Assembly (NCBI GenBank): GCA_963813715.1
Contig: CAWFAK010000005.1
Span: forward strand, 1,056,001 to 1,120,000
Source: an uncultured Planctomycetaceae bacterium
GTDB lineage: Bacteria > Planctomycetota > Planctomycetia > Planctomycetales > Planctomycetaceae
Direction of reading: 5' to 3'
Length of the DNA stretch: 64,000 nucleotides
Within the stretch, counting starts at the first letter, position 1, and every line of letters starts with the position of its first letter. Shown in pieces: positions 27,241 through 39,645 of the stretch. The notes under the pieces are model-generated. The model had not been told where the DNA came from and searched no databases. It saw nothing but the letters and a program-made list of their open reading frames with translations. The translations under genes were made by a program, and so were the position numbers.

Positions 27241-29511
27241 TCACGTCGGCGTCGCGTGTCCCCGGCCGTCGGCGTGCGGAGACTCCGCATTAGGTCTTCG
27301 GTTCAGGTCTGAAAACGAAAGAAAATCATACGGTTCGGACATTTGGTCGGTGTCTCGACCTATGAGCACGACTCGCCGGGCGGCGCATTTTTCGTGCGCC
27401 TCCCCCATCAAGCGATTGGCAGTGGCATTTCGCACTTCGCGACTTAGATCGCGATATGCAAAGCCAACTAAGGCGCATTCGGACTCGGTTCTCGGCGTCA
27501 TCATCATGACCGCATCTCGTCCGCTTTGCTTTCCATATCGGCGAACGAACGCGACTGCCTCCAAGAATCTGGTTTTCCATTTCCTGCTGGTCAAGATAGC
27601 CCGCGTCTAACAAGCAGGCGGCGATCTCCCACTTTTCGATGCGATCAAGCAATTGGACGCGATCTACCAGTCTGCGCCACCACGGAGTGAGCAGCCGCCG
27701 GGGTGGAGGCACCTTAAGCTGAGGATCGGCCCAGTTGGCCATGTAATAGCGTCGGAGCTCGTTTGATTGGGCTGTGAAGTTCATCTGCGGTTTTCGAGCA
27801 CCTTCGCAGACGGGCGGAGAGAGCGAGCTGCTGAGGTAATAAACAAGGAGATCCTCTTCGTCACCGCTGTAGTCGACTCGCTGCTCCCATTCGCTCCGCC
27901 GCCAAAAGTAGTGCAGTCGAATTCAGGAGACTCTAATGCATCCAACACAACGATAAGATCAGCGAGCGACAGAGAGACAACTGGACGCCGTTTGGGATCG
28001 ACCAATCCAGCCTTCACGAGTGCACTCCAGCAAAGCGTGTACGCAGGGAGCCAATCGAGCGTCACAGACACGCAGACGGCGCACCGTATATTTGAAGCGG
28101 GTAGCCGAACCGTTTTGCCGGATCGCAACTCGACGTCGAAGTCTTCCGTCGCGTCCTCCAGCCTGCTGGCGAATCGGCTTGATTGCGTAGCCGGTTCGTC
28201 GACAAGTCGCTCGAAGTCGCGTTTTAGGCGCGACTCACCGCCGCGCCTCGCTGAATCAGATACGCGATTTGACTTTGCCTCAATCACAAGCGCGATTGAT
28301 CCTAACACCACTACTAAGTCCGTCTCGAATCGTTGACCCGACTGCGGGTCATCCCAGGAGATGTTCCGTTCGACAACTCCTTGTGGAAATGCTCCTCCAA
28401 ATCTTCTGGAGAGCGTTTCCTCTAGGTAGTTGGCTCTTCGATCCAGATATCGATTCCATAATCTGTCGTGCGGCTTTAGTAGTGCCTCTGCGATTTCCAG
28501 GAAGAAGCTGTTGAACAGGCCGACAATCGGGACGAAGTACGTGTGATCACCTAACGCAATCAGTGGTTTTAGGCGGATCGGGCTTTGCGTCGCCAAGTGT
28601 TCGAAGGGAAATGACTTTAGGTCTCCGAAGCGATGGCTGAGGGTCTTCAACAATGCGTCAAGCGTCGACTGTTCGATCGCTCCCGGAAACATCGACTGCA
28701 ATTCTTTTCGGTCGAAGATGTAGCAATTGGGGAAAAACTGGTGGAAGAATGCAAGGCGACGAAGCGAGCAACCGAACTGGCAGCTTCAGCCCGCGGAGCT
28801 TGTCCAAGAACGCGGCGGCCTCTTCCTTGCCCTCGCCAACCAATTCGCACCAAGCCTCGACTGTTCCTCGCAACGTTGATCGTTGAAATCCGATCCCGAT
28901 AGCCTCCCTTAAGGCTGCGATGCGGTCGCAGCTGCAATCCATGATGTTGTCGCAGAAGGAAAGGAAATCGCCGGTGCTGAATCCCAGTTCGGCAATCACG
29001 TGAGGTTCCATCGGCGCAAATAAATCGCGAACGATCTCACGCATATGTTGCGGAAACGCCCAATTTCGCAGAATCCGAGTGTGAAGGCGCAGGCAATCGC
29101 ACCCACAACAGCGTGGCTACGTGATCCCTCCGCCTTCGCTAAATCTGCATAGGCGCACTCGTTCAGCGCGTCGAGGCACGACTCGGCCAATTCGACACAC
29201 TTGCCGAGACTGTCTTGAAGAGTTGCCTCGCGCCCCTGCTCTTCGGCGGGTATCGCGAGCACGAGAGATTGCAGAAGCTCAATCGCCGCCTGCGACGGCT
29301 TGGAGTCGCCAGTATAGTCGGTGATCGGACCGCTCACGGCGTGCAGTCCGTAAAGAGCGGCCGCGCTCAAGAGTTCCAGCGGTTCAAGTCGCTTGAGCAG
29401 ACGCTCCAAGTTTGCCTTCGATTCATCGAGGTCGGACTCGGCACGTCTCCCCGCCGCTGCTAGTACGGAGCGTCGTTCGTCATCCGTGAGGGACGCAAAT
29501 GGATTCTCCAT
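27241..29511 (-). CDS. Large (about 750 aa) hypothetical protein with PD-(D/E)XK/NERD-like nuclease domain; several frameshifts
   Basis: Five overlapping minus-strand ORFs tile continuously; YLEE...FETDLVVVLGSIALVIEAKS motif; visibly lower GC than flanking genes. Confidence 0.65.
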
Positions 29512-29880
29512 GAGAAAGTTGTGCTGGATCGGCGTCGAAAAGCCCGGCGGGATCACTCCGCCCGAGGCGTCTGATCGTCTCTGACGCCGCGGACGCGCAC
29601 GTTGACCTGCCTTGCGTCTTCTGGCCACGGGAGTATCCAAGAGTTTCGAGTGCGCTTCACATTGAGAGGGCGCATTGGATCATGGAAGAGCGTCAATAAT
29701 AGGACCACCAACTTAGACAACGTATATCGAAGCGGGGTTCTGACGCCTGGGCTCCGGTTGGGCGAACCCCTGGGAGGGGTGGCACTCCTCTTGCGACCCG
29801 CGCGAGCGGGCGGGATAGGGAGCCTCTTTTCTCGTGTTCAAAGCCACCGAAATCCGGGTGACACTCCGTACATGAAAGAG

Positions 29881-30143
29881 TGTCGCCCCCTTCGGGGGCT
29901 CGGGTCATCCACGTGCGACCGAGATCCACGGGCTTACGCACCGTGGCTAGGGGAGTGCCGCCCCTCGGGGGCTCAACAGAAGGCGTGTTTCAACCTGGCG
30001 TTGAACGCGCTATCGTCGGCGGCGTGGGAGGTCTCTTCAGCCCCAACGGGGCGAGATTCTATAGCCCAGGTTGGAGCGCAGCGCAGGCCTGGGATCTCGG
30101 GCCGTCCCAATTCGGTCCCTCTTGAGCCCCAACGGGGTGAGAC
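29881..30143. repeat. Two three-hairpin REP-like elements in opposite orientation
   Basis: GCCCCC-TTC-GGGGGC / CCACGG...CCGTGG / GCCCC..GGGGC at 29881-29974; AGCCCCAACGGGG / CCCAGG...CCTGGG / AGCCCCAACGGGG at 30039-30143. Confidence 0.75.
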
Positions 30144-30359
30144 AACCTCCGCTCGCGCAGTTCGTCGGCCGCGCATCGACCAGGCATTTCCATCGGTCCC
30201 AAGTCGAGCTTTGGATCGACGGAATTTTCCGAGTTGTTTCCAGACGCGTAGAAACGCGGGGTTCTTTGCCCGCCGCTTGGCGCGGTAGGTTGACGGAAGC
30301 CGGCATGTGGCGGAGTCGTTCGGGGTGCGCCACGGCAGCCGAGAACCCACTCTGCTCGG

Positions 30360-31843
<1,484 letters not shown>

Positions 31844-31846
31844 CTC

Positions 31847-31867
31847 TTGAAAAGAAACACAGCCGCT
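31847..31867 (+). promoter_or_regulatory. -35 half of IS110 circle-junction promoter
   Basis: TTGAAA (31847-52) lands exactly 17 bp upstream of TATGTT (30652-57) when the ends are joined at the CT core. Confidence 0.75.
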
Positions 31868-32068
31868 CTCCCGTCCGAAACGGCCGGGCGAGGGGGGAAA
31901 GACTGGGACGGGACTGGTTGGGACGAAATACTGGGGGTTCGCTGGGTCCGAGGACGGGATCGGAGAGCGCGTGGCCGGTGGGGATTAAATTTTGCCCGGG
32001 GACAAAAGACATCCTTGCTGGTGGTGGGGATCCTTTTTTCACACAGGGGAGAAAGAGATCCCCGCGCG

Positions 32069-32204
32069 CGGGACAAGTTGACCCGCCGGGTCCGCCAAAA
32101 GTGGTCCCGCCGGGACGGGTCCCTCACAATTGAGATAAGGGGGGTGGACCCACCGAGGAGAGTCCCACCGGTCAGCGGCTGACCGGTTAGCGGCAATCCG
32201 GCCC
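32069..32204 (+). repeat. Conserved approx. 135-bp non-coding palindrome-rich module (copy A)
   Basis: Near-identical to the reverse complement of 63453-63589; contains GTCCCGCCGGGAC, CAATTG, GGTGGACCCACC and ACCGGTCAG-CGG-CTGACCGGT. Confidence 0.85.
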
Positions 32205-32293
32205 AACAATCGGGACGGGACACGAATTCGTAGGGTGTCGACCAGGCCGCGTCGCGGCCGCAGGCACACCAGTTCTTCCTTCGCCCGATGAGG

Positions 32294-32337
32294 CCCCCTC
32301 ACCCCCGACCCCCTCTCCCGCCCAGGGGCGAGGGGAG
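32294..32337 (+). repeat. CCCCTCACCCC..CTCTCCC..GGGCGAGGGG REP-like hairpin (unoccupied)
   Basis: Same family as the IS110 target sites. Confidence 0.75.
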
Positions 32338-32360
32338 AAGAGTTGGGATGGGACGGGACA

Positions 32361-33872
32361 GAATGGCACTAACTCAAGCCGGAAGGAGTTGGCAGTTGGA
32401 AGTTTATGTCGGGTGAGGAGCGTGACGGAATGCGTCTCTGAGGAATCCCGGCCTCCTGCGAGAATGAGGTTGCTAAACGACCCATTTCCACAGGAGGCCA
32501 AGGATGGCGCCATTTATCGAGTCTGTTTTGGAGCAGGTCAAGGGGGATGTGACCGAGGCGCTTTCGCCCGAGCGGATCGAGCAGATCTGTCGCGAACTCA
32601 ATCACGTGTGGCGCGACTGCACACTCAATCCGATCACCACCGTCTATGCGTTCCTGCGGCAGGTCTTGGCGGGCAACATCGCCTGTGATCACGTGCCCCA
32701 TCTCCTGGATCTGGATGTCACCGGCGAGGCCTACTGCAAGGCCCGCGCACGATTGCCGCTGGAACTCTTCCAACGGCTGATGGAGGGGGTGGCGCGTGCT
32801 GTTGGTGCGCAAGTGCCTAACTGCTGGCGAGGTCATCGTCTTTGGCACGTGGATGGTTCTGCCTGTTCGATGCCCGACACACCCTCGCTGCAGGAGGCCT
32901 TCGGGCAATCGGGGGCTCAGCGGCCCGGCTGTGGATTTCCGGTGGCCCGTCTCCTGACACTGTTTGATGCCAGCACCGGCTTTCTCTTGCGGGTGCTGCC
33001 AGCTCCTTTGCGGTCGCATGACCTGTCGCGGGTTCAGCGCGTGCACGAGGCCTTTCAGCCGAACGACGTGGTCGTCGGCGATCGGGGATTCTGCTCCTAC
33101 GCACATCTGGCACTGCTCAATTTAGCCGGCGTTTTTGCTGTGTTTCGCATCCATCAAGCGACGATCGTCAACTTCCAAAAAAGGCGGCCTTACTCGCCGC
33201 AGAAGCGTGCGAAGAATGTCCCACGCGTGAAGGGACAACCGACGTCCCGCTGGGTCCAGTCGCTGGGCCGACACGATCAAATCGTCGAGGCGTTCAAACC
33301 GACCCAACGGCCATCGTGGATCACCCCGGAAGACTTCGCGCGGCTGCCCGAATCCCTGCTCCTACGGGAGCTGCGCTATCGCATCACTCAACGGGGGTTT
33401 CGAGTCCGCCAGGTGACCCTCGTGACGACGCTCTTGGATCAACGACGTTACCCGGCCGTCGAACTGGCCAACCTCTATCTGAATCGCTGGCAGATCGAGA
33501 CGAATCTCAGGCATCTGAAACAAACGCTCCACATGGACGTGCTGCGCACCAAGACAGTCGACGGGATTCACAAAGAGCTGGCCATGTTCGCCATCGTTTA
33601 CAATCTGGTGCGCTGCGTGATGCTGCGTTCGGCAAAACGCCAGCGCGTGCCGGTGACTCGGACCAGCTTCATCGACGCCCAACGACGACTCTGCCATGCC
33701 CCGCTCAACGCGGCCCCCAGAAATCTGATCGTTGTTCCCCACCGCCCAGGTCGTTGCGAGCCACGCGCCTCTAAGCGACGACCAAAACAATACGATCTCA
33801 TGAACAAACCACGTCGCCAACTTCAACAAGCCCTGATCCACAAACAAGTAACGCCTTAAGTTAGTGCCATTC
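32361..33872 (+). mobile_element. IS4 family element with 18-bp TIRs and 11-bp target-site duplication
   Basis: TIR GAATGGCACTAACT(C/T)AAG, 17/18 match (32361-78; 33855-72); direct repeat GGGACGGGACA at 32350-60 and 33873-83. Confidence 0.93.
32504..33859 (+). CDS. IS4 family DDE transposase
   Basis: HVDGS, VGDRGF, YLNRWQIETNLRHLK (YREK motif); stop codon lies inside the right TIR. Confidence 0.95.
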   Translation: MAPFIESVLEQVKGDVTEALSPERIEQICRELNHVWRDCTLNPITTVYAFLRQVLAGNIACDHVPHLLDLDVTGEAYCKARARLPLELFQRLMEGVARAVGAQVPNCWRGHRLWHVDGSACSMPDTPSLQEAFGQSGAQRPGCGFPVARLLTLFDASTGFLLRVLPAPLRSHDLSRVQRVHEAFQPNDVVVGDRGFCSYAHLALLNLAGVFAVFRIHQATIVNFQKRRPYSPQKRAKNVPRVKGQPTSRWVQSLGRHDQIVEAFKPTQRPSWITPEDFARLPESLLLRELRYRITQRGFRVRQVTLVTTLLDQRRYPAVELANLYLNRWQIETNLRHLKQTLHMDVLRTKTVDGIHKELAMFAIVYNLVRCVMLRSAKRQRVPVTRTSFIDAQRRLCHAPLNAAPRNLIVVPHRPGRCEPRASKRRPKQYDLMNKPRRQLQQALIHKQVTP

Positions 33873-34017
33873 GGGACGGGACACGTTGTTTCACCGAGAA
33901 AATCCCGGCGAAATCGCCCCCTCACCCTCGGCCACGCTCTCGCGGTGGAGAGTGGGAAACGGAATTCGGGACGGGACTGATTCAGGAGGACGGGACCCGA
34001 ACATCGGGACGGGATTG
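33873..34017 (+). repeat. Conserved approx. 145-bp GGGACGGGAC-rich module
   Basis: Matches the reverse complement of 63137-63283 (GGGACGGGACACGTTGTTTCACCGAGAAAATCCCGGCGAAATCGCCCC identical). Confidence 0.85.
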
Positions 34018-34073
34018 AATCGCGTCGGACCCGACCAGTCCCACCGCTTTGGGCGAAGGCTGGAGACTTTCTT

Positions 34074-34143
34074 ACAGGAGGGAACAGAGGCAACAGAGGT
34101 CGGAAGAATCCGAAATGTCTCCGTTAACTCTGTTACCTCCTGT
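34074..34143. repeat. Inverted 9-mer-periodic repeat hairpin (ACAGGAG/AACAGAG ... CTCTGTT/CTCCTGT)
   Basis: ACAGGAGGGAACAGAGGCAACAGAG pairs with CTCCGTTAACTCTGTTACCTCCTGT. Confidence 0.65.
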
Positions 34144-34171
34144 TCAAGAATTCTGGGTGATCGTGCACCGC

Positions 34172-34994
34172 TCAATGCGCTGCGGCCGGTTTTGCGGGGC
34201 GGCGTTCGAAGATGATCACGTGTTGCCAGGGGAGGGCTTCGATCGTTTCGACGTAGGCCAGGTCGAGGTCGGGTTCGGCGGCTTCCCGTTTGACTTGGGC
34301 TTCGGTCATTTTGTGGACGAGCTTGATGGGGACGTTCGGGTCTTCCTTGCGGTACTCGACGAAGGCCACGCGGCCGCCCGGTTTGAGGGACTTGGAGATC
34401 GACCAGAGCATTTCGTACGGGTAGCGGAACTCGTGGTAGACGTCGACCATCAGGGCCAGGTCGACAGTGGCCGGCTTGAGGTTGGGCGACTTCTCGGTGC
34501 CGCGGACCGGCTTCACGTTCGTGATCTTCAGCTGCTTGCAGCGCTTGGCCAGCACGCTGAGCATTTCTTCCTGGATGTCGACGGCGAGCACGGTGCCGGT
34601 CGGTTTGACCTTGTTGGCCATCTTGAACGTGATCACGCCGCTGCCGGCGCCGATGTCGGCCACGACCATGCCGGGGGTGAGCTTGAGCAGCTCGACGAGC
34701 TGGGTGAGGTGTTCTTCGGTTTCGCGCTCGGGGCGTTCGAGCCAGTCGATGCCCTGGTAGCCCATCACGTGGGCGATCTCGCGGCCGAGGTAGAACTTGC
34801 CGATGCCGTTGTGATCGTGCTTCTCGTGAATTTCGTAGCGAGGCTTGTGGCGCGGCTTGTCGAGTTGTTTGGATTTCGACTCGGGTGCGGCCGCGTCGGG
34901 CGGAGCAGTCCCGGCCCGTCGCCGGCGAACAGCGGCTGGGTCGAGAGTAATAAGGAGAAGAAATTGATACGGAGATGGGGCCCAGCCCGAGCAT
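34172..34994 (-). CDS. Class I SAM-dependent methyltransferase (exported type; start uncertain)
   Basis: GIGKFYLGREIAHVMG, VADIGAGSG, DVYHEF, LKPGG, LPWQH. Confidence 0.85.
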
Positions 34995-35002
34995 CGGGTT
35001 TC

Positions 35003-35113
35003 GGGTGGCACTGGCGGCTTGTCCGCCAGTGTCTTTTTTGCCTCTTTTCGGATGTGCGAGCGTGACAGCAAGCAAAGACGAAGACACTGGCGGACAAGCC
35101 GCCAGTGGCACCC
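35003..35113. repeat. Inverted pair of 33-bp REP-like palindromes (REPIN-like doublet)
   Basis: GGGTGGCACTGGCGGCTTGTCCGCCAGTGTCTT and its reverse complement (1 mismatch), about 45 bp apart. Confidence 0.8.
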
Positions 35114-35149
35114 AGAAATGAAAGCATGCCACCCGGGAGCGAGAGACGT

Positions 35150-35398
35150 TCATGGCGTGGCTCCGGCGGCCTGGCCGGTTTTGGTATCGCGGGCGTGGCG
35201 TTGCATGATCGCGCCCCAGTCTTCCGGCGACAGTTTCACCGCTTCGTCGACGAGCAGGATGGGGATATCGTCGCGGATGGCGTACTTGAGCCGGCAGTCG
35301 GGATTCAGGCAGACGAGCCAATCGCCGTCCTGGAGCAGGGGCGTCAACGAGCCCGGGCAGACCAGGACGTTTTCGAGCTCTTTAAATTTGAACGGCAT
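35150..35398 (-). CDS. Trm112/YcaR family protein
   Basis: LVCP...LVC..C...YAIRDDIPILLVDEA. Confidence 0.85.
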   Translation of the reverse strand: MPFKFKELENVLVCPGSLTPLLQDGDWLVCLNPDCRLKYAIRDDIPILLVDEAVKLSPEDWGAIMQRHARDTKTGQAAGATP

Positions 35399-35459
35399 CG
35401 CGAAAGACTCCCATGCGGGCGAACGAGTGCGAATCGGGCTCGCACCCGAGATTTGTCAG

Positions 35460-36500
35460 CTAAAAGCCGCGGACGCGGCGAATGTCGTCGAACTTGCGGA
35501 GGTCGTAACCGAGTCCAACCTCATCCAGAATTCCGCACAGGGCGCGGACGGCCACGCCCATGCCATCGGGGCCGCTGAAGCCGCCGAACTGCCCGCCCCC
35601 TTTGAGGTGCGGCTCGGTTTCGAGGAAGAAGCCCGGCGCGCCGAGGGCCTGCATCCGCCGCTCGAGCGCGGGCAGATACAACTTCAAATCCCGCAGCACG
35701 TCCGGATAACCCGAGTCGCCGCAGTCGGCCGGCACGAAGTTTCGCAGCCGTTCCTCGTCGACGACGCCCGTCCATTCGAGCCCCGGATCGATGCGATAAT
35801 CCTTGACGTGCATCCAGCCGAGGTGGGGCCGCATCGCCTCGTACTCGCGGAAGCATTGCCGCCGGTCCTTGTTCTGGCAGGCGATGTTGCCGCCGTCATA
35901 GATCAGAACGAGAGTTCGGGTGATTGACCTTGTTCGGCCAGCGTGGCCATCAGCTCGCCGGTCGAGCCGACGAGGTTGGGCTCGATCTCCAGGCCGTAGA
36001 CGAGCCCCTCCTTCGCGCAGGCGTCGACGATGGCGCCGATCTGCTCGACCGCCTGCCCGATGTACGGCGTGCGGGTCGGCGCCCAGCGGCGGATAAAAGG
36101 AGAAGCCGCGGACCAGCTTCGTCTCCAGCTCGAGGGCCGTGCGGATCGTGGCGGCGACCTCGCCTTTGAGGTAGTCGGCAAAGGGGACGAACTTGTTGTG
36201 CGACTTGATCCGGCTCGTCGCGGAGCTTCACCTTGCCCACCCGCGACCGATGCTCGTGACGCGGATGCCGTACTCGCGATGGAGGGCTTTGAGCTTTTCG
36301 CGCTGGGCGGCGTCGAGATCGACCACGTGCCGCACGGTCCCCGAGCCGTCGACGTCGACGAACCGCGGGCTGTAGTGCGACAGGCCGACGGCCGCCAACG
36401 CGGTGAGTTGTTCGAGGGCCGTTTTGCGGTTGGCCGCCTCGTCGGCAAAGGCGCTGAGGAATACGCCGGTGCCGGACGGCGAGGAAATCGGGAGTGGCAT
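35460..36500 (-). CDS. Sugar-phosphate isomerase/epimerase (AP-endonuclease-2 TIM barrel); multiple frameshifts
   Basis: LSAFADEAA, YGLEIEPNL, WMHVKDY, LETEPHLKGGGQFGGFSGPDG across four ORF fragments. Confidence 0.75.
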
Positions 36501-36672
36501 GCTGGGATGGAGTCCTTGATGGCGGATGCCATGATTGTAGCGGCAGGGCCCAAGCAACTCACCCGGCACCACTCTGCCAGCTCATCCGGTCAGGTGCCAG
36601 CCCCGCTCGTCGCGTCGTCACCCGCCGCTCAATACAATGTGAGTCATTCCACAGCACGGTTGACCCCCACCC

Positions 36673-37996
36673 ATGAACCCGGCCGTCGATCCCGCCTCTG
36701 CCGCTTCTCCGCCCGCTCGCCGACGCTCGGTCGACGTCCTGCGCGGCGGCATGGTCGGCATGGGGATGATTTTCGACGAAACGTACCGTCCGTTCTTCGA
36801 GCAGGTGCGGGCGACCGGCCTCTACGACCGGTCGTTCGGGACGATCGAAGTTCCGCTGGCGGCCGTCGCGTCGCGCACCGGCAAACGGGCGGAGGCGTAT
36901 CTTGCGTGCAGGCGGCGCGGCCACGGCCGGTGTGAAGAATTTTTCCGGCGCGCAGGCGGTCGAGTCGCTGCTAGCCGCGGGCGTCGATTTCGTCTGCGTC
37001 GCCACTCCCGACGATCGCCATTTCGAGGCCGCCCGAGCAGGCGCTCGAGGCCGGGATGCTCCGTGCTGATCGAAAAGCCGTCCGTGCTGTCGCTCGGGCA
37101 GCTCGACGAATTGCAGGCGATCGCCCGCCGCAAGCAGGTGCTGGCCAAGGTCGTTTATCACAAGCTGCTCGATCCCGATCACAAGAAGCTCCGCACGCTC
37201 GTCCACGACGGCATTCTGTCGCACGTCAACAACGGCTACTGCTCGCTCTTGGAGCCCAAGCAAATTTCCGGGTCGCAGTTTGCCGAGTGGATTCGCGGCC
37301 GCAACCCGGGGACGTATGTCGCCGTCCATTACATCAAGCTGATCGATTTCACGTTCCCGGGCCGGCTGAAGACGGTGACGGCGAGCGGCCAGCGCGGGCT
37401 GGTGGGGCCGAAGGACGGCACGACCTGGGACAGCTGCCAGCTGCGGCTCGATCTACGAATACGAGTCGGGGCGCGAGGCGGCCTTCGACATTCACACGTC
37501 GTGGGTCACGCCGGACAATTTCCCCGGCTATGTCGAGCAGGAAGTGCAGTTCCGCTTCGACAATGGCGTCTGGAACGGCCATTCGCGGAAGCGCGGCATC
37601 GAGTGCACGGTCGAAGGGAAAACGCCGCTGTCGCTCAAGACGACGATGAACAATCACTACAACGGCTCGTTCCTCGAACCGTGGGGCCAGCGCAGCCAGC
37701 GGGGCTACGGGATCGAAGTGATCGAGCGGTTCGTCCGGGAGCTGGCGTACGTCGAGTTCGGCGGCAACGCGGCCGATCGCCCGGCTCGGTTGGAAGAAAT
37801 TGGCCGGCTCAATTACAACGATTTGAGTGCCGACCGGCAGCCCGTCGCCGCCGTTCAGGCACTCGAGGCGATCCTCGAGCGGCAGGCGGCCGGCGAACCG
37901 GATTGCGTGGTGCGTGTCAACGATTCTCGGGGCGGCCTGGTGCTGTACCGACCGGGCTCTGCCGAGCCTACCGTCCTATATCGCGACTCCGTTTAG
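36673..37996 (+). CDS. Gfo/Idh/MocA family oxidoreductase; frameshifted
   Basis: GMVGMGMI, VATPDDRHF (alternate frame), VLIEKP, VYHKLLDP. Confidence 0.8.
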
Positions 37997-38005
37997 ACCG
38001 TCGTT

Positions 38006-38036
38006 GGCGTGCCGGCGGCTGTCAGCCCGCCGGTTC
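38006..38036. repeat. REP-like palindrome, family copy 2
   Basis: GGCGTGCCGGCGGCTGTCAGCCCGCCGGTTC, inverted relative of 20274-20303. Confidence 0.6.
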
Positions 38037-38059
38037 GTCTCTTCAAGAACTCTCCATCT

Positions 38060-39466
38060 ATGAACACCGCCATCGAATTCGACGACGAAGAACTCTCCAA
38101 CGCCGCGCGGCGGACGATCGCCGCGAACGAGCCGCTCGCCCAGCGGACCTTCACGCCCAGCCAGGCCGTGTTTGCCAAGAGCGCCGGCTGCTTCCATTGG
38201 ACGCCCGAAGGTCGCCGGCTGTACGACTTCAGCTCGGGCGTGCTGGTGACCAACCTCGGTCACAATCCGACGCGGTGGCTCAAGCGGTTCTTCGACTATC
38301 TCGGCTGGGACGCTGCCAACCTGACCCAAGCGGGCGAATACGCGTCGGCCGCGCCGATGAACGCCTATAACGCCATCACGCCGATCGAGTCGGCGGCCGT
38401 CGAGCGGCTGATCAAGAGCCTGCAGTCGCGGCCGGGCGGGCGGCGGCTCAACAGCGTGATGTGGTCGGCCTCGGGCTCCGAGGCGATCCAGAAGGCGCTC
38501 TGGGCCTGCCTGCATCGCGACGAAAAACGCGACGTGATCCTGGCCACGCGATACGGCTTCCACGGCAAGAAGGGACTCGCCGGCGCCGTGACCGGGTGCG
38601 AGACCGATCACGACCGCGACCCGCGCGTCCGCTTCATCAGCTTCCCGATGGCCGAGGTCGACGACGTCTCGAAGTACGAGCACACCTTCGCCCCGAACGC
38701 CTACAGCACCGAGTTGGACATCCTCTGGAACGAGCTGGGCCCGCGGATCGGTTGCCTGATCACCGAGCCTTACCTGGGGGGCGGCGGCAGCTATCACCCG
38801 CCGGCCGCCTACCTCAACATGCTGCAGAACGTTCTGCCGGCAAGCATCACATCTTATTCATTCTCGACGAGGTGCAGGCGAACTTCGGCCGCACGGGCCC
38901 GCTGTACGCCTTCGAGCGATACGGCCTCGAGCCCGACTTCGTCTGCCTGGGCAAAGGTCTGGGGAACGGCATTCCCGTCAGTGCGGCCGTCGGACGCGGC
39001 GACGTGATGGCCTGCTTGAACTATGGCGACGCGTCGGATACGTGGAGCGCCAACCCGATCTCCTGCGCGGCCGTGCTGGCCACCTTGGACGAGTTCGAGA
39101 CGACGGACGTGCTCGAGCACGCCCAGGCCATCTCGCAGATTTTCTTCCGCGGCCTGATTCGGCTGCAGGAAACCTCGGTGATCAAAAAGGTCCGCGGCGA
39201 GGGGATGGTGTTCGGCATCGAGTGCGGGCCGGCTGGCCGGACTGACCGCGAACCAGGTGGCCAACCAGGTCGTCGAGGCGTGTTACGTCGGCAAGCCGGG
39301 GGGTGACGGCATCCATTTTCTCGGGCCGCTGGCCGGCTGCGTTTTGCGGGTCGCTCCGCCGCTGACGATCACGGCCGAAGAAGCCGAAGCGTCGCTCGAC
39401 CTGCTGTTTTCCCTGGTGTCCGAGCTCGAAGCCCGGCTGCGGGGGGCGGGGGCGGCCGTCACCTGA
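38060..39466 (+). CDS. Class III PLP-dependent aminotransferase; two frameshifts
   Basis: NLGHN, SGSEA, GFHG, EPYLGGGG, DEVQANFGRTG, PDFVCLGKGLGNG. Confidence 0.88.
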
Positions 39467-39645
39467 AATCGCGGGGCGGACCGCCCGCGGCACCGCGTTC
39501 CCCTCTTTGACGATATCTCTCCCAGTTTCCCATTGACCCCAACTCTGCTTTGGCACATGATTCGGCCCCCATTTCGACCCAGGACCGTATGGACCGCGCA
39601 GACAGTCTCTTACTCTCGCCTGACGGCGAGTCGGCCGCACCCCGC

